A stretch of DNA of 64,000 nt from Azolla caroliniana (taxonomy: Eukaryota > Plantae > Polypodiophyta), in assembly GCA_043228905.1 (NCBI GenBank), contig JBHGNT010000002.1, positions 10,540,001-10,604,000 of the forward strand, read 5' to 3'. Every line of letters starts with the position of its first letter. The stretch's first letter is position 1. The notes beneath the pieces were generated by a model that saw only the letters and a program-made list of their open reading frames with translations, had not been told where the DNA came from and did no database searches. The translations under genes and the position numbers were made by a program. Positions 1-13,879 of the stretch are shown one piece after another.

Positions 1-175
1 GTAATTACAGGAAGAATAACGATTGTTGCACATATCCTCTGTGTCAGTACTTCAAACTTCTAAGAAAAATCAATGCCACTGACAAGGAGCACCATTTTTG
101 GCATAGATATTGGCCTAACACTATCAACATATATAGAGAGGGGGAGAGAACCAAAGTAGTATCAAGATAACTTAC

Positions 176-2260
176 GGTCACTGGGCTTGTTTGTTGCAAC
201 TCTAATACCTGACATAGCTGACAGTACTGCACACAGGAAGGAACAAGATGAGTGAAAGAATTTTACAACTAAGTTTATCGAAAGAAATTGAGCAGGAATT
301 TAGAAAGCAAAATGGCATTAGGTTCAGAAAATAGTGAGTAGAATGTCTCACCAGATATTGCCGGTGTGAGAACACCATCGCCAATAACCATACAGGTTCC
401 TAACAGAACTACAAGAAGAAGCACGGTTCGTAGGTAAGTGTGCTTTTCAAGGAAAGACTTCAAAAGTTGTGCTCGTTTCCCTTGAGGGGGCGAATCCACC
501 TTGTAGGTTGACAACTCTTCATCCACATCTTGCTGATTCGGCAAGTGGCTCAAATTTGAATGGCGGCACAAAAGAGAATATAGAGCAAATGTCCCCCCTG
601 TATATATTCTCTATCTTTTCGCATTTCTTTGGAAGAGGTTCTCTTTATTTCTCTCCTTGTATATAATATATATATATATATAGATACATAACATACACAC
701 ATATACAGTTCGATGGGCAGAAAAAGCATATTAAGATTCAATACCAATTCTTATTAGAGCTCCAGACAAACTTTCTACTGAAGTTTTGGGTGGTTGAACA
801 TTTATTTTATGGCGGGTGATGAACCTAAATTTTGATGTCAAAACCACAAAACAATGACTATATCTATCAGATGTCATCAGACTCAAAACATTCAAAGAAG
901 GGGGTCTATATATCTTTTGATATACACACATATACACACATTGATAAAGAGACACATCAGAAGTACATAAGCACAAGTACATACATACACATGAACTTAC
1001 ATACTGCCACACACATACATATGTATATAACCCACACATGCACATACATAGGCACATACACGGATAGACACAAGCAAGCATACATACATACATAACATCT
1101 AAATACGCATGCACATACAGACAACGAGCAACATGTCATTTAAAGTACCTTCACAATCATCATCAGCTTGAAGAACAATGAACATACATACATGGATAGA
1201 CACAAGCAAGGATAAATACATAACATCTAAAACACATGCACATACAGACAACGAGCAACATATCATTTAAAGTACCTTCACCATTGTCATCAGCTTGAAG
1301 AACAATGAATGCATATTTAACCACCAGCACGAGAGTGAAAGTCCAGAATATTAACGATAGCACCCCGAGAATCTCGGCATCATCCTCTGCGAGTTTAACA
1401 ATGCCTGCAAATGAGCTCTTGAAGACATAGAGAGGAGAAATGCTCACATCTCCATACACAATGCCAAGGCTCTGATAACAGAGGGTCAATACAGTTCTCC
1501 AGGAGGTTCCCTACATTTCAAATTCAAATAGCACTTGTTAGAAGTTAAGTTTCTCTCCAATAAAAACATTATATAAACGGTATATCAAAATAACATGCAA
1601 ATACAAATAGTAGAGATTGAGCGAATACAAATACTAGAGAAATGAAAAAAACCACAAAAGCCATTCAATTTTCATATTAAAATATGAAATTCGATCCAAT
1701 TGTATAATTTACAAATGGACTTAAAATTTGTTAGGATTATACGTATGAGGTTTAATCGAATTGCATGCAAGTAAAACAACTGTGCATTATTTCGCAGTTT
1801 ATTATTCAAATATTATAACACCTTTTAATCATAAAAAATCATTTTAGAGAAAAGAAAATGTTCAAGATGAGGATGAAAACAATTCACAGAACACAAATAT
1901 AGTTATTATTACCTTCACCCTTCATATCAGCCACAAAATCATAATCATTGAAATTAACCACAAAATATGATCACATAGAAAATAGTTCCACCTTGTCCAT
2001 TTGGCAACAACAAAATATTTCCAAATAAAAAACCAATAGATCTTCTTAATACATAACCAAAAAACACAAATATAAATGCATATAACCGGAAAACAAAACA
2101 CATAGATAGCATATAAAAACTCTTCTGAGCATTTTCCACATTGCCTCACGTAAATGGGGGGGGGGGGGGGGGGGGGAGGGGGTAGAAAAATAAGGAACAA
2201 AAAAAAAAAAAAAAAACTCGCCCCATGTTTGGTAGGTAGGAAACCAGCTTCAGGATCCAT
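176..2260 (-). CDS. HAK: HAK/KUP/KT potassium transporter, 5' part (exons 2222-2260, 1276-1510, 352-597, 176-226; gene continues off the left end)
   Basis: Spliced translation gives [13 protein letters not shown]|[30 protein letters not shown]...ADDNGEG|[12 protein letters not shown]...[18 protein letters not shown]|VLSAMSGI, the hallmark KUP/HAK motifs. Splice phases are consistent; intron 1 needs a GC donor. Confidence 0.93.
1061..1309. repeat. ~127-bp tandem duplication copying the 3' end of HAK exon 2 and its splice donor into intron 2
   Basis: taaagtaccttcac...catcagcttgaagaacaatgaa occurs at ~1141 and ~1268 with a shared upstream flank. Confidence 0.8.
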
Positions 2261-4716
2261 GGAGAGCTTGAACTAGTGAGCAATATGAGGAAGAAAGCGC
2301 CTGCAGAGGTATCCATCAGGTGAAAACAACACAGAAAGAAAAAGAACATCAAAGGAACGCAATTCAAATGATCAGTATGTGCAGAATAGTCTCTAGTGAA
2401 GCGTTTGTTTGTCATGTACATGTATATCTGTGTATCGTATATGTATATCATATATGTATATGTATATATGTATGTCTCATACGTATAATCCTAACAAATT
2501 AAACCCAGGCAAAATCTACATTTGTTAGTGTATATGTAATGTGTGTGCATGTGTATATTGATTCAAGCACTCAAGTGAAACATAATAACCCAGGCAAAGT
2601 CGTAGCTACACATTCCCCCCCCCCCACTATGTATGGATATGATTCTTGTCCGAACACAAAACAGTATGTGCATGCCGACCCAAGATAGAGTATCCCACTT
2701 CTTCTGTATGTGAGAGATATAGCATACCTATTCACGAGCCATGTGTTTGTAGAGGATTTTGTGCTCTCTTTTTTTTCTAATAGGGGTGTGGATTTTGCTA
2801 GCCTACAAGTCTAGGGGAAATATATCGAACTCTGTTACTTCAAATATGAGTGATCACCCTGTGGGGTTTGTTAGAAAGTTGTCCTCGAGAGACGAATAAG
2901 TAAGATATATCCTTAACCTTAATTCATATAAAAGTTGTAGAGGTTAGCAAAGTTTTCTCCTGATAGCAAAAATGTAATGTGCATACCAAGTCATAAATAA
3001 AATAATGTTGTGGAGAGCTTCATCAAATGTCTTCTTTAAATTTAAAACCATATTTTGACAATGGAACAACATGCATTTATGAGGAAGCATAAAAAATATA
3101 GCATGGTGTGTGTCTACGAATGAGATGTAATAACCGACTCATTAGATGCAGCTTTCACACATTATCAAGTTTTTCCTTTCAGCAGTTAGAATCAGCGTTA
3201 GAAAATGCTTGCAGCTTGGTTGACATTTGAAGAAGATTCCAAGTTGATATGTATGTTATTTTTGCCATATATTTAATTGTTTTATTATTACAATATTTCA
3301 AATTAGATATTATATAAATTAGTATTTAAAGACGTGCATTCGACATACAAAGTAGCGGAATTTTCATTGCATCTCTTCTATCATGTTGATAATCTCTGTC
3401 GCCTTTTCAGTTTTATTGAGAGACGCAAGTGTGACAATGAGTCGACACTTGGAACAAACAATGTTCTCACACATTACCTAGGTAGTGCTAAAGAAACGTG
3501 TTCTAATTTCCAAATCATTGACAATCCAATGAAAGGTATAATCTTCACCAAAGTTTCACATCAAACACATGAATATACAATGGTAAGATTGCATGCAATA
3601 AGAAAAATTTACAACATGATTCCTTATTCTCAACACTCTCCCTTTTAATTAATGTGCGCATAGTATTGAGACTCCTACATATATCTATGCAAGTGATATC
3701 CTTATAAGTCTCTTTCTACATTGAATAGTATGATCAAGGATTTGTCCGCTATCTTGGATACCCTTTGGTGTGGAATGTTGCTCTATCCAAAGATTGCAAG
3801 AAAATAAGTCTTTGGTATTGAGGCACAAGAATCAATTGGACCACATTATTGGAAGAAACATGGGAGATAATTGGAAGGTCATATGTGGTGCTTAAGAAAT
3901 ATGAAAATGGAACATATTAACTTTAGGTTCTAGAAGAAACACTGCATGAAAACTATTTGAGATTACAACCCAAGAAATATATTGTAAGGACTTGCTTATG
4001 TTCTACATGCAACGGACTAGCCTCACATAAATTTGACATCTTTCTCTTGTTGGTCAATATTTTGTTAGGAATATTTGGCATGGTCATACTTGTGATTATA
4101 GTATGTAAAATTTGTGTTCGTCTAGCATAGCATTTGTTTTCCTACGTTGGAAAACGAATTCGAATGTTATTCAAACATTCTTGTGTGTTTTTTTCTTCTT
4201 TTTCTTTTTTTTCATTTTTTAGGTTTATTTACCTCATAATAAATAGGTAATCCAAAGTATGGTATTTACCATTCTTCGAGGGTGTTTATCATACTCGAAT
4301 GATTGAAACATTCACGAATGCGAATGCACGTATGGTTCATACTATGGTTGTGATGATAAAAAATTTGACAAATCAACTTGTGATCCATATAAGTTATTTA
4401 GCTTTTCCATTAGACGATTCCTCTATGTTTGTCATGTTTCTTGCAATTTTAGTACGTATTTTATGACCTATTTTGTATGCTATAAATATATGGGATGTAA
4501 ACTAACTTTTAGGTCTACCATGAGTAATATGATACACTCCTAAAAAAAGAGTAAGAGTGTGTTAGTGTAATGCAAAAAAAAGGTGTCTTGGTGTAATGCA
4601 TTGCTAAAAGTATATGTATTTATTTGTGTTTCTGCCATATTGTTAAAAGAAAGTATGTTAGTGTGGATGTAAAGTATAGAGCACATGTTGATATAATATA
4701 TAGAATTAGAATTTTT

Positions 4717-5400
4717 TTATCGTCCATAAAGAGGCCAATTTTGACCTATGGGACCAGAGTATACATGTGTCCTTGATATGTGTCTCCGTCCTAAGAAGGT
4801 ATTCATACATTGAGGCACAAAGTCCCTATGTGTGAATAAAGCATCCACATATGAGCTCAACCTTCTAGCTGGTGTCTTTAGTATGACACTTAAGTTACCA
4901 CTCCCTCTTAATATGTCAACATATCTTGAACGAATTGCACTATATGTCAAGCATGTGAAGAGCAAGTGACATTCATCCTCTACCATGCCTTCATTGCATA
5001 CTTTACGTGTCTTCAAAGTAGTTACCATGATGCAACTTCAATACCTGACTGGTGAGATCAAGTGCGAAGTAGTGTAAGGGCTAGAATTGCTACTCATATT
5101 GGTAATGAGATAAGGTTGGATATGATCAATCGACACATTCTTGCTTTATATTGAGACCAACATTCAAGGTTGACATTTGCAATGTAGTATTCTAGCTTTG
5201 TCCTCTTGGCATCTTCCCACTTCATCCTTAATGATTCCACCAACCTTTCCTCAATCATTACATAATGCATAGGATCACCCAAAAGCTCTAAAAGATCATC
5301 CACACCCCATCTTTTTTACCATTTCCTTATGTCAACAACCCAACTAGATGAGAGAATCTTACTCTTATGATTCTTTTGTAGCTTACATCCATCATTCCAA
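4717..5400 (-). pseudogene. Degraded non-LTR (LINE-like) ORF2 C-terminal fragment
   Basis: CNEGMVEDECHLLFTC..Y..IR resembles the C-terminal zinc-knuckle region of LINE ORF2; heavily decayed. Confidence 0.45.
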
Positions 5401-8004
5401 ACAAGATGTGGTAATCAATGATTCAACATATAGATAATAGTAGAGAGAATTATACATGAAAGTAGTGTTAATCCTCAAAATTTTCATTATACTTACAATA
5501 CCTTGTGGCAAAACAAAGAAGGAACCAATAAGAATGTTGCATTAGCACACTTATCTAGAAATCTAAAACTTAAACACTATGTTGTAGATCAATCTACATG
5601 AGAACCTTCTACAATACATTAAATTCTCTATTACCCAAATCAAACTACAATCAAATAACCCAAATATTAAAATTCCAATTCCTTCCATCTAGATTATGAA
5701 AAATTGTATTTGCAAATATCTCATTAAAGTATGGGAAGATGTGTGCCATAGATATTCCATGGATTTTTCACTCAAAGAAATTATCCCCATCTACATAATG
5801 TTCCGGATGTTGTATCAACATGGAGAATCATTGTATACTCACTACTTGTTTATGGCATTATCAAGAGAGAAAATGTTTATCAAGAAGTGAGAGTATACAT
5901 AACAATACATTTCCCAACTTTATTTAATAATATATTGAAATAATGTTCCCTCATGCATATCATATGCTATTCTTTACTTATGTTGTACGTTGGTAGGCTT
6001 TTAAAAGATGGATTTGGTCTAATTGCATATGTGTTGTTTCTGTCACTATTATCTTAAGGTACAAACTAGGGATTTCTCTATTTCTTAATATATATGAACA
6101 TGATCGCATCTACATATAGAAGTATATTTGCATATCGCCTTTACAAATCCAAATACACATTCTCTTGATTCTAATATTAGAACATTATGTTAAACACATA
6201 AATAATATCGTATCATTTGTAATATGTATGCTATATAATTTCCCCCCCACAACTTTATATTACATTAAACACGGTTATGACGTAAACAATTATCTTTTAT
6301 GAAGTACATATAATAGAGACCAAATATTGATATGTCTTATAGATAGTTTTGGGTTTGATTGAGATTTGAGAATAGCCTTTATAACCTTTCCTACCTAACT
6401 TAGGGCCTAGGAATTCCCAAATTTTTAGGGTAAACATCAATGGCAAAAATTAATAAATTAGAATACATAAAAGGTCCCATAGAGTGAAGACATCTAGAAA
6501 GGCTTTCACTCCAAGGTTTACCTAGATTTTGGCTTAATGAGAATTTATGTAGATATCGTCCACCAACCAATAGGACTACAAATATGTTAAACATTATCGT
6601 TATTTGTTCCTTTAGTTGCATGTGATGGAAAGGATTAAAGAATTGTAACTTGGGCAACTACATTCTGGCACAACAAGCCTTTCACATAAAGATTTCCTTT
6701 TAGGAAATGTAATGATACATATTTAGTTCCCTATTCTAAATGAGATTATTCCCGATTCATTGCATTTACTCAAACTAATTATACAAATAAATGCTTTACA
6801 ATGGACGATGTTTATGATATTGCAAGTCATGAGAGATGTGAAATTTCCAAGAGATCTTGAAATAAAAGAAAGAAAGTAATGACCTCTTAAGTAGAAGAGA
6901 AGACAATGTGCAAATTTGAGGAGATAATTCATATTATGGAAAGAAGAACTCTGAAGAGATGTAGGTGACTTTGCTTGAGATGATTGTTACAAAAGGAGGT
7001 AGCCTTTCCATTCATCGATGCCTTATTGGTTGTTAGCTTTTGGTGTAGTTTGAAGGTGTTTAACTAGGGGATATACCACGAATGATGGTTTTGATGTGGT
7101 TGTCTTTTGTAGTCATCTATAGAAGTTTTGCATGTGAGTCAACACATGCTCCTAAACATTATGTATACGTGTAAAGTTGTATGTGCTTGGATATTTAAAA
7201 GCATATAAATGTGTGAAGTTATATGTGTTGGGATATCGGTCCCTCCGGATGGGATGTCCGGAGATGAATGACGGCAAGCCCGGTTGCGGCTACGGAGCCG
7301 GATTGTTACGGGCATGACCATATAATATCCCGTGGTAAGAATTTACCGTAGTATTCTATACACGTGGATAAGTGTGAGGGTTAAATGAGAGTGTAAAGAA
7401 GGGGAGGATTACTTTTAATCCTCGGGATTGAGACAACCCATTAGGTCAAGTGTGAACTTGCCTGGGGGCCTTGGGTTTCGCTATAAATAAGAGGCCTAGC
7501 TACCCTCATTTGATCATCTTTTGACTACATCGAGACTCTGCTCGTGTGGTGGGTCAACTCTTGTAGCGAGCGCGCCAGCACCAGGTACGACTCGACGCCA
7601 CGGCGGTGGTATGGGACGCCGATCGAGGCTCGAGTCCGTCTCGATCCCTTCGCTCGGGGGTGGTCGGGTGGATCGGCACCCTTCTTTCTCTTTCTCCTTT
7701 CTATCTATCTTTTCATTATCCTTATCTTAAGCTTACATTAGTACTATGATCTATAATATTTGGTATCAGATTTTTTTACTAATGTTTCTTTGTTTTTCAT
7801 TTGTCTTTTGATTGATGCTGATCGATCATTGTGCAGTTGGCCTTGATCCAGACAACGATCAACAAAGAACTTCGGTAACTCTTTCCATATTTTTTTTTTC
7901 TATTCTCTCTTCTCCCATCTAATCATGTGTTTAGTTTATATGTAATTTTTTTCATTAAATCAATGATGTTGTAGTGGTCTTTAATTGATTATCTAAAACG
8001 TTTA

Positions 8005-8262
8005 CATATGTGCACGAGGTCAATACCTCGTTTGACATATTAATAATATGTGATGAGTGTCGTATGCGTACGAGGTTAATACCTCAATTACGTATTACGT
8101 TCACGAACATATGTTACGTTTGCGTATGAGTTTAATACCTTAATTTGTTGTAAACGATATGCGTTTGGTCTCGTATGCGTAAGAGGTCAATACCTCCATT
8201 GCGTATTACGATGATCTCTTATTTGTGGATGTTTCGTGTGCGTAGAGGTATATACCTCGATT
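8005..8262 (+). repeat. Five degenerate ~56-62 bp units with hairpin core GAGGTNNNTACCTC in the gypsy B leader
   Basis: Cores start at 8016, 8072, 8128, 8183 and 8245, each preceded by a TGCGTA-like motif. Confidence 0.7.
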
Positions 8263-9445
8263 ACGTATCTCGATCACATCATTTGTGGCTATTTAATATA
8301 ACGATATGTTTAATATAGGCATATGTGGTCACATATATACGTATTTGATCGTATATATGTGAAAAGTAAACATATGTGTATATTCGTTATTACGTGATTA
8401 TGTCGAAAGTTGTCATGGTCGGGAAAAGGATGTTGGTGGCCGTCCTCACATTTTTGTGAGAATGGCGTTGTCACCATTCCTTTTTCAACAATTTTTTATT
8501 GTTGATAACCCCGTTGATGACCTCGATTTCGTTACGTAAAGAAACGCAATAGCCATAATGATGTTGAGTACGTAGGGCTTGACCCACTTCAAGTGAGGTC
8601 GCTCCAATGACGCACGTATCCAACATCCTTCCCTCGTTACATGGATACGATGCCACCATGAGCTCGTTCTTACGAGAGGCATTCGTAATGACGTGACCAT
8701 GTGATGGCCCACGTGAGCCTACTACGAAACGAGGGCTCATTTGGCTTCACCATTAGGTTGCACTTTGGCGTATGCCATCGTAATTACGAGACTTGAGGTT
8801 AGGTAACGTACCAACATAGTGTTGGTAAATGAGGGCGAAATAAGGACCCTTGACATATATGTTCTTTTAAAAAACGTATATGATCAATTGCCTCGCATAT
8901 CTCTTATACGCATCAAACATTAAGCATTCGAGAAGAGCAACTTACTTGGTTGGCTCAAGTGTTTAATGTATTTGTTCTCGAGGTCTCGAGTTCAAATATG
9001 ACCAAGACCATACAACATCCTTGATACATATGACTATAACACATGTTTAGACTTAAGGTCTAAGTGCACCTCGGGGTCCTCGTAATAGGACTTAAAGAGC
9101 CGAAACCACTTATGTGGGCACCGAAACATAGTTTATTGTTAACATTTTTTTTCGTGTATAAACTATTCATGACGCGAACATACATGGTTGAGCCTCGGGG
9201 AGCCACCATGAAAAAATCGATATAGAGATCAGGGAAAGACATTTATTTGTCACCCCCATGGTTTTTAAAACACCTTTGTGTTACCATAGTAACCTGATCT
9301 TGAACCTCATCTCATACGTCTAGAGGGGTATTGACGTGAGATAATGATATCGATTAATGCTCGCCCATGATATGTTTACATCACGACAAGATGTTATGAC
9401 TATATCTCTGACCTTATCCTATTTCTTTTCCAGAAATAATCTTTA

Positions 9446-12400
9446 ATGGCTCAAATTAACGACCCGATGTCATCCGCTCAAGCGGAAGGAACTCAAGGGA
9501 ATCCTCCTGGACAAATGTCCACTGAGATGTATTTGGCACAAATAACCCAATACCTTAGTTTCACCGCTCAACAGATGACCGAACTTCGGCAATCTCAGAG
9601 TGCTCTTGAGGCACGTGTCATTAGTCTACAACGTGAGACTAATAGACCTGATGAGCGACAAGGTGAACCATCATTTGTCGTTAAGCCATTTACGGGAGAC
9701 AAAAAGGAAAGAACCGAAGAAGCAATCTGCACATGGCTTGGACGATGGGAGTCTCATTTTGAGCTCTATCCCACGCCAGATAGTACGAAGATTGCATATG
9801 TCGGCCGAGAACTCGGGGGTAAGGCCGCCGCTTGGTGGCGTGGCCTCCGTACTATGGGGAAATTGCCCGATACCTGGACAGATTTTGTCACGGTTTTTAA
9901 GGGCCAATTTCTGCAACCTCCCTCTCGAACCGAGGCAGCACAAGCTTTAATGAACCTCTCTAGCAGGAAATTTTCCTCGCTAGAAGACTATGTTCACCAT
10001 GCTAGAACCCAAATCCAAAAATCGGGTCTAGAAGGGGACAATTGGTTGATAGCTTGTTTTGTCAATGGCATCCCCAATTCGGACTATCACTGGATAGTGC
10101 ACGATAAGGATCCAAAATCCTTCGAAGAGGCCGTTGAAATAGTTCTTCGCTATCAACGCACTTCGAAGAAGGACCATAACAAACCCAACGAAGTGCCCGG
10201 GACTAAGCAGTCGCAATTTGTTGGGAAACGCAAGACACCCAACGAATTCCTGGATCGCGATTGTAAGCGACAACATCCTTTTTGTGTATTCTGCAAAAAG
10301 AAGGGTCATACAAAAGATCAATGTCGAAAGCTCCAACGGAAAGAGCACGACAACAAAGCTAAAGCTGTAGACCATAAAGGTCAGATTCCTAATGTCCTTC
10401 AGGTCTATACACACCATTTAAGTAATTGTCAATGTTCTTTTCCTCACTATGTATTGGGTCCCAATGATTTACTACGTGCAAACGGGTATATCAATGGATC
10501 TCCCGTACAATTTTTATTTGATTCGGGAAGCTCACACAATTTTGTGAATGATCGTTTGGTTCAGATATGGGGAATCCAACCCACCGTAAGTGATCACACC
10601 TACACGGTGCACTTGGCTGATGGAAGAGTACAATACATCAACGGGGCGATTCATTCATTAGGAATTTCTATTGATACTTATATAGAGGAAGTAGACTTCC
10701 ATGTAATGAATCTTTGTACCACCGATGTAATACTGGGTTATCCCTGGTTTTATAATAAAAACTCTTCTTTATTTATTGATTGGGTTCGACATTCCATTTC
10801 TTTTGTACTGAACGATTGTACGCATTTTATTCAATGTGTAAAAAAACAATCCCTCTCGATTGTTTCCTCGTGTCCATCAATATCCGAGTTGTCTTGTTCT
10901 ACGTTATTTTATTGTGTACTTGATCCGGACATTCACGTTTACAATATCGATAATGTCCCGATTCAGTTAACATATTTTGAACAACAACAACTTGATGAAA
11001 TCTTAAATGATTTTCATGATGTTTTTCCAAGTGAACTACCTGATGGGTTACCTCCTAAACGTAATATAGACCATCGTATAGATATTGTACCTGGTGTTGC
11101 ACCAATAAGTATACCTCCGTATCGCTTAAGTCGATCCGAAGAAGATGAGGTATCTAAGCAACTCAAGGACTATTTACGAATGGGTTATATACGTTATAGT
11201 AAATCTCCATGGGGTGCACCAGTTCTCTTGGTTAAAAAGAAAGAGGGCACATGGCGTATGTGTATTAATTACCGACGCTTGAATAAAGTGACGATCAAGA
11301 ATTCGTATCCATTGCCCCGGGCTGACGATCTAATTGACCGTCTCCAGGGAGCTCGGTATTTTACGAAACTTGATCTCCGTACTGGCTACCATCAAATACG
11401 AATAAGTGAGGACGATGTTCCTAAAACGGCATTTCGTACGCGCTATGGCCATTACGAGTTTTTGGTTATGCCTTTTGGTTTGACCAATGCTCCGGCTACT
11501 TTCCAACAAGAAATGAATGACATTTTCCGAGAACAACTTGGAAAATTTGTCGTTATTTTCTTGGATGATATTTTAGTTTATAGCCGTACATTACAAGAAC
11601 ATGCTACACATGTCCGCTTTGTTTTACAAACATTGCGTGACAAACAGTTTTATGCGAAGATCTCAAAATGTGAGTTCTTCAAGAAATCAATTACTTATCT
11701 AGGACATCTCATAACCGAACGAGGAGTTGAAATTGATCCTTCTCGCATTGAGAAAATCAAGCTTTGGCCCACTCTTCGGAATATTCGAGAAGTTCGATCA
11801 TTCCTTGGTTTTGTGGGGTTTTTGCGAAAGTCTCTTCGTAATTACTCCCAATTGACGACGCCGTTTACTGATCTTTTAAAAGGTCAAACGCGTAAGTCTA
11901 CAAAACCTATTGTGTGGAATGCTACACTAGACCTTGCATTTAAGGAACTCAAGGACCTGGTTTGCAAGGCTCCTTCACTTCTTTTACCCGATCCTTCAAA
12001 ACCTTTTGAGGTTGAAACCGATGCAAGCGATTATGCTATAGGTGCTGTCTTGTATCAAGATGGTAAACCAATAGCATTCGAGAGTAAGAAACTTGATTCT
12101 GCTCAATGTCGGTATACCGTTCAAGAAAAGGAATTATTTGCAGTTATACATACGCTCAAAACATGGCGCCATTATCTTTATGGAAATCACTTTGTGGTAA
12201 CTACGGACCACGAGTCCTTGAAATATTTTTGTGACCAACAAGACCTGAAAGGTCGTAAGGCACGATGGGCTGATCTCATCCAGGACTTTGATTTTTCCAT
12301 ACGATATCGTAAAGGTTCCATGAACACTGTCGCTGATGCACTAAGTCGCATCCGTGAAGTTAACATGCTTAGCTTCACTGAAATATCATCAGATCTTTAT

Positions 12401-13879
12401 GATCACCTTCGAGGAAAGTATCCTGATGACAGTTATTTCGCAAAATACTGGGCAAGAGTTGAGTCTGGAACAGACACCACCACATCCTCGAAGGAATACT
12501 TCCACATTGCTAACGGTTTGCTCTACCGTAATGGGAAGGTTTGTGTTCCAGATTTACCCGAGGTCAAAAAGAGGATTCTTTTTGAATGCCATGATGCACC
12601 CTCCGCAGGGCACCCTGGAATACATCGTACACTCGTTCTTATCTCCACTCAATTTTATTGGCCTAAGATGCGTCCTGACATACATAGCTATGTGACTAAA
12701 TGTCACCAGTGTCAGGTTAACAAAGCCGAGCGACTTAAAGCCGCAGGACTTTTACATCCCTTGGACATTCCCAATAATAAGTGGGAAAGTATATCCATGG
12801 ATTTTATTGTTAGCCTTCCTCGCACCCAAAAAGGTCATGATGCCATCTGGGTTGTCGTTGATCGACTAACTAAAATGGCCAGATTTATTGCTACTAAAAC
12901 CACGGTAACAGCTCCTGAATTGGCTTACCAATTCGTTGACGAATTGTTTCGTTTTTATGGGTTACCGATGGATATCGTGAGTGATCGAGATCCAAAGTTT
13001 ACTAGTGACTTCTGGACACAAGTCTTTAAGAAGTTAGAAACTACGTTGAGCATGAGCTCCACGGATCATCCTCAATCCGATGGACAGACAGAACGAGTAA
13101 ATCAAATTATTGAGGACATGCTTCGAGCATACGTTGGTGCAAAACCAACAAAATGGGAACGTTATCTCCCAATTTTGGAGTTTGCTTATAACAGCTCCAA
13201 GCATACGTCGACGGGATATAGTCCTTTTATGTTGATGTATGGTTTTCAGCCACGAGCCCCGATTGATGTTACTATACATCATGATGAGTTGCGAAGTACG
13301 CAAAACTTTCTTCGGGATATGCAAGATATGTTGCATATTGCACGAGATAATATAAAAACAGCTCAAGATAGAGCGCGTTTTTATGCCGATCATCATAGGC
13401 AACCTCGTGTATTCAACCCTGGACAGAAGGTATTTTTACGTGTACCTCACAATTCTAAGACATTGTCTACGGGTAAGTGCGCTAAGTTAGCCCCACGGTT
13501 TTGTGGACCTTTTACAGTCCTCAAACGCATTGGGTCATCAGCCTATCGTCTCGCTCTTCCCGATGGTGTCGGAATTCATCCAGTCTTTCATGTGAGTCGT
13601 CTAAAAGAACTTCTAGGTTCTGGCGACAATACAGTTACGACTGAAACTCTGGTTACTTCTGAAGAATTATCTTCTAAACCACATGTGCCAGAAAGAATTC
13701 TCGATGTTAAAACAAAAAAATTACGTACTAAAGAAATCCGAGAATTCAAAATAAAATGGATGGATAAATCAATAAAAGATGCCACATGGGAACGCGAAAA
13801 TACTCTTAGAACTAACTTCCCTAACTTTCCATTGCAAGAGTGCAATGTTTTAAAGAGGGGGAGTATGTTACGGGCATGA
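9446..13879 (+). CDS. Gypsy B single-ORF gag-PR-RT-RNaseH-INT-chromodomain polyprotein (1477 aa)
   Basis: [14 protein letters not shown] knuckle, [10 protein letters not shown] protease, RT FLDD, RNase H ETDAS, integrase HHCC and SMDF..SDRD..QTER, GPF motif, C-terminal PERIL..IKW..ATWE chromodomain. The stop lies inside the 3' LTR. Confidence 0.96.
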   Translation: MAQINDPMSSAQAEGTQGNPPGQMSTEMYLAQITQYLSFTAQQMTELRQSQSALEARVISLQRETNRPDERQGEPSFVVKPFTGDKKERTEEAICTWLGRWESHFELYPTPDSTKIAYVGRELGGKAAAWWRGLRTMGKLPDTWTDFVTVFKGQFLQPPSRTEAAQALMNLSSRKFSSLEDYVHHARTQIQKSGLEGDNWLIACFVNGIPNSDYHWIVHDKDPKSFEEAVEIVLRYQRTSKKDHNKPNEVPGTKQSQFVGKRKTPNEFLDRDCKRQHPFCVFCKKKGHTKDQCRKLQRKEHDNKAKAVDHKGQIPNVLQVYTHHLSNCQCSFPHYVLGPNDLLRANGYINGSPVQFLFDSGSSHNFVNDRLVQIWGIQPTVSDHTYTVHLADGRVQYINGAIHSLGISIDTYIEEVDFHVMNLCTTDVILGYPWFYNKNSSLFIDWVRHSISFVLNDCTHFIQCVKKQSLSIVSSCPSISELSCSTLFYCVLDPDIHVYNIDNVPIQLTYFEQQQLDEILNDFHDVFPSELPDGLPPKRNIDHRIDIVPGVAPISIPPYRLSRSEEDEVSKQLKDYLRMGYIRYSKSPWGAPVLLVKKKEGTWRMCINYRRLNKVTIKNSYPLPRADDLIDRLQGARYFTKLDLRTGYHQIRISEDDVPKTAFRTRYGHYEFLVMPFGLTNAPATFQQEMNDIFREQLGKFVVIFLDDILVYSRTLQEHATHVRFVLQTLRDKQFYAKISKCEFFKKSITYLGHLITERGVEIDPSRIEKIKLWPTLRNIREVRSFLGFVGFLRKSLRNYSQLTTPFTDLLKGQTRKSTKPIVWNATLDLAFKELKDLVCKAPSLLLPDPSKPFEVETDASDYAIGAVLYQDGKPIAFESKKLDSAQCRYTVQEKELFAVIHTLKTWRHYLYGNHFVVTTDHESLKYFCDQQDLKGRKARWADLIQDFDFSIRYRKGSMNTVADALSRIREVNMLSFTEISSDLYDHLRGKYPDDSYFAKYWARVESGTDTTTSSKEYFHIANGLLYRNGKVCVPDLPEVKKRILFECHDAPSAGHPGIHRTLVLISTQFYWPKMRPDIHSYVTKCHQCQVNKAERLKAAGLLHPLDIPNNKWESISMDFIVSLPRTQKGHDAIWVVVDRLTKMARFIATKTTVTAPELAYQFVDELFRFYGLPMDIVSDRDPKFTSDFWTQVFKKLETTLSMSSTDHPQSDGQTERVNQIIEDMLRAYVGAKPTKWERYLPILEFAYNSSKHTSTGYSPFMLMYGFQPRAPIDVTIHHDELRSTQNFLRDMQDMLHIARDNIKTAQDRARFYADHHRQPRVFNPGQKVFLRVPHNSKTLSTGKCAKLAPRFCGPFTVLKRIGSSAYRLALPDGVGIHPVFHVSRLKELLGSGDNTVTTETLVTSEELSSKPHVPERILDVKTKKLRTKEIREFKIKWMDKSIKDATWERENTLRTNFPNFPLQECNVLKRGSMLRA

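Noticed and set aside
1905-1930. Possible HAK micro-exon or alternative first exon (ATGAAGGGTGAAG|GTAATA on the minus strand)
   Set aside because: The phase does not fit the exon-2 acceptor at 1510; unsupported without transcripts.
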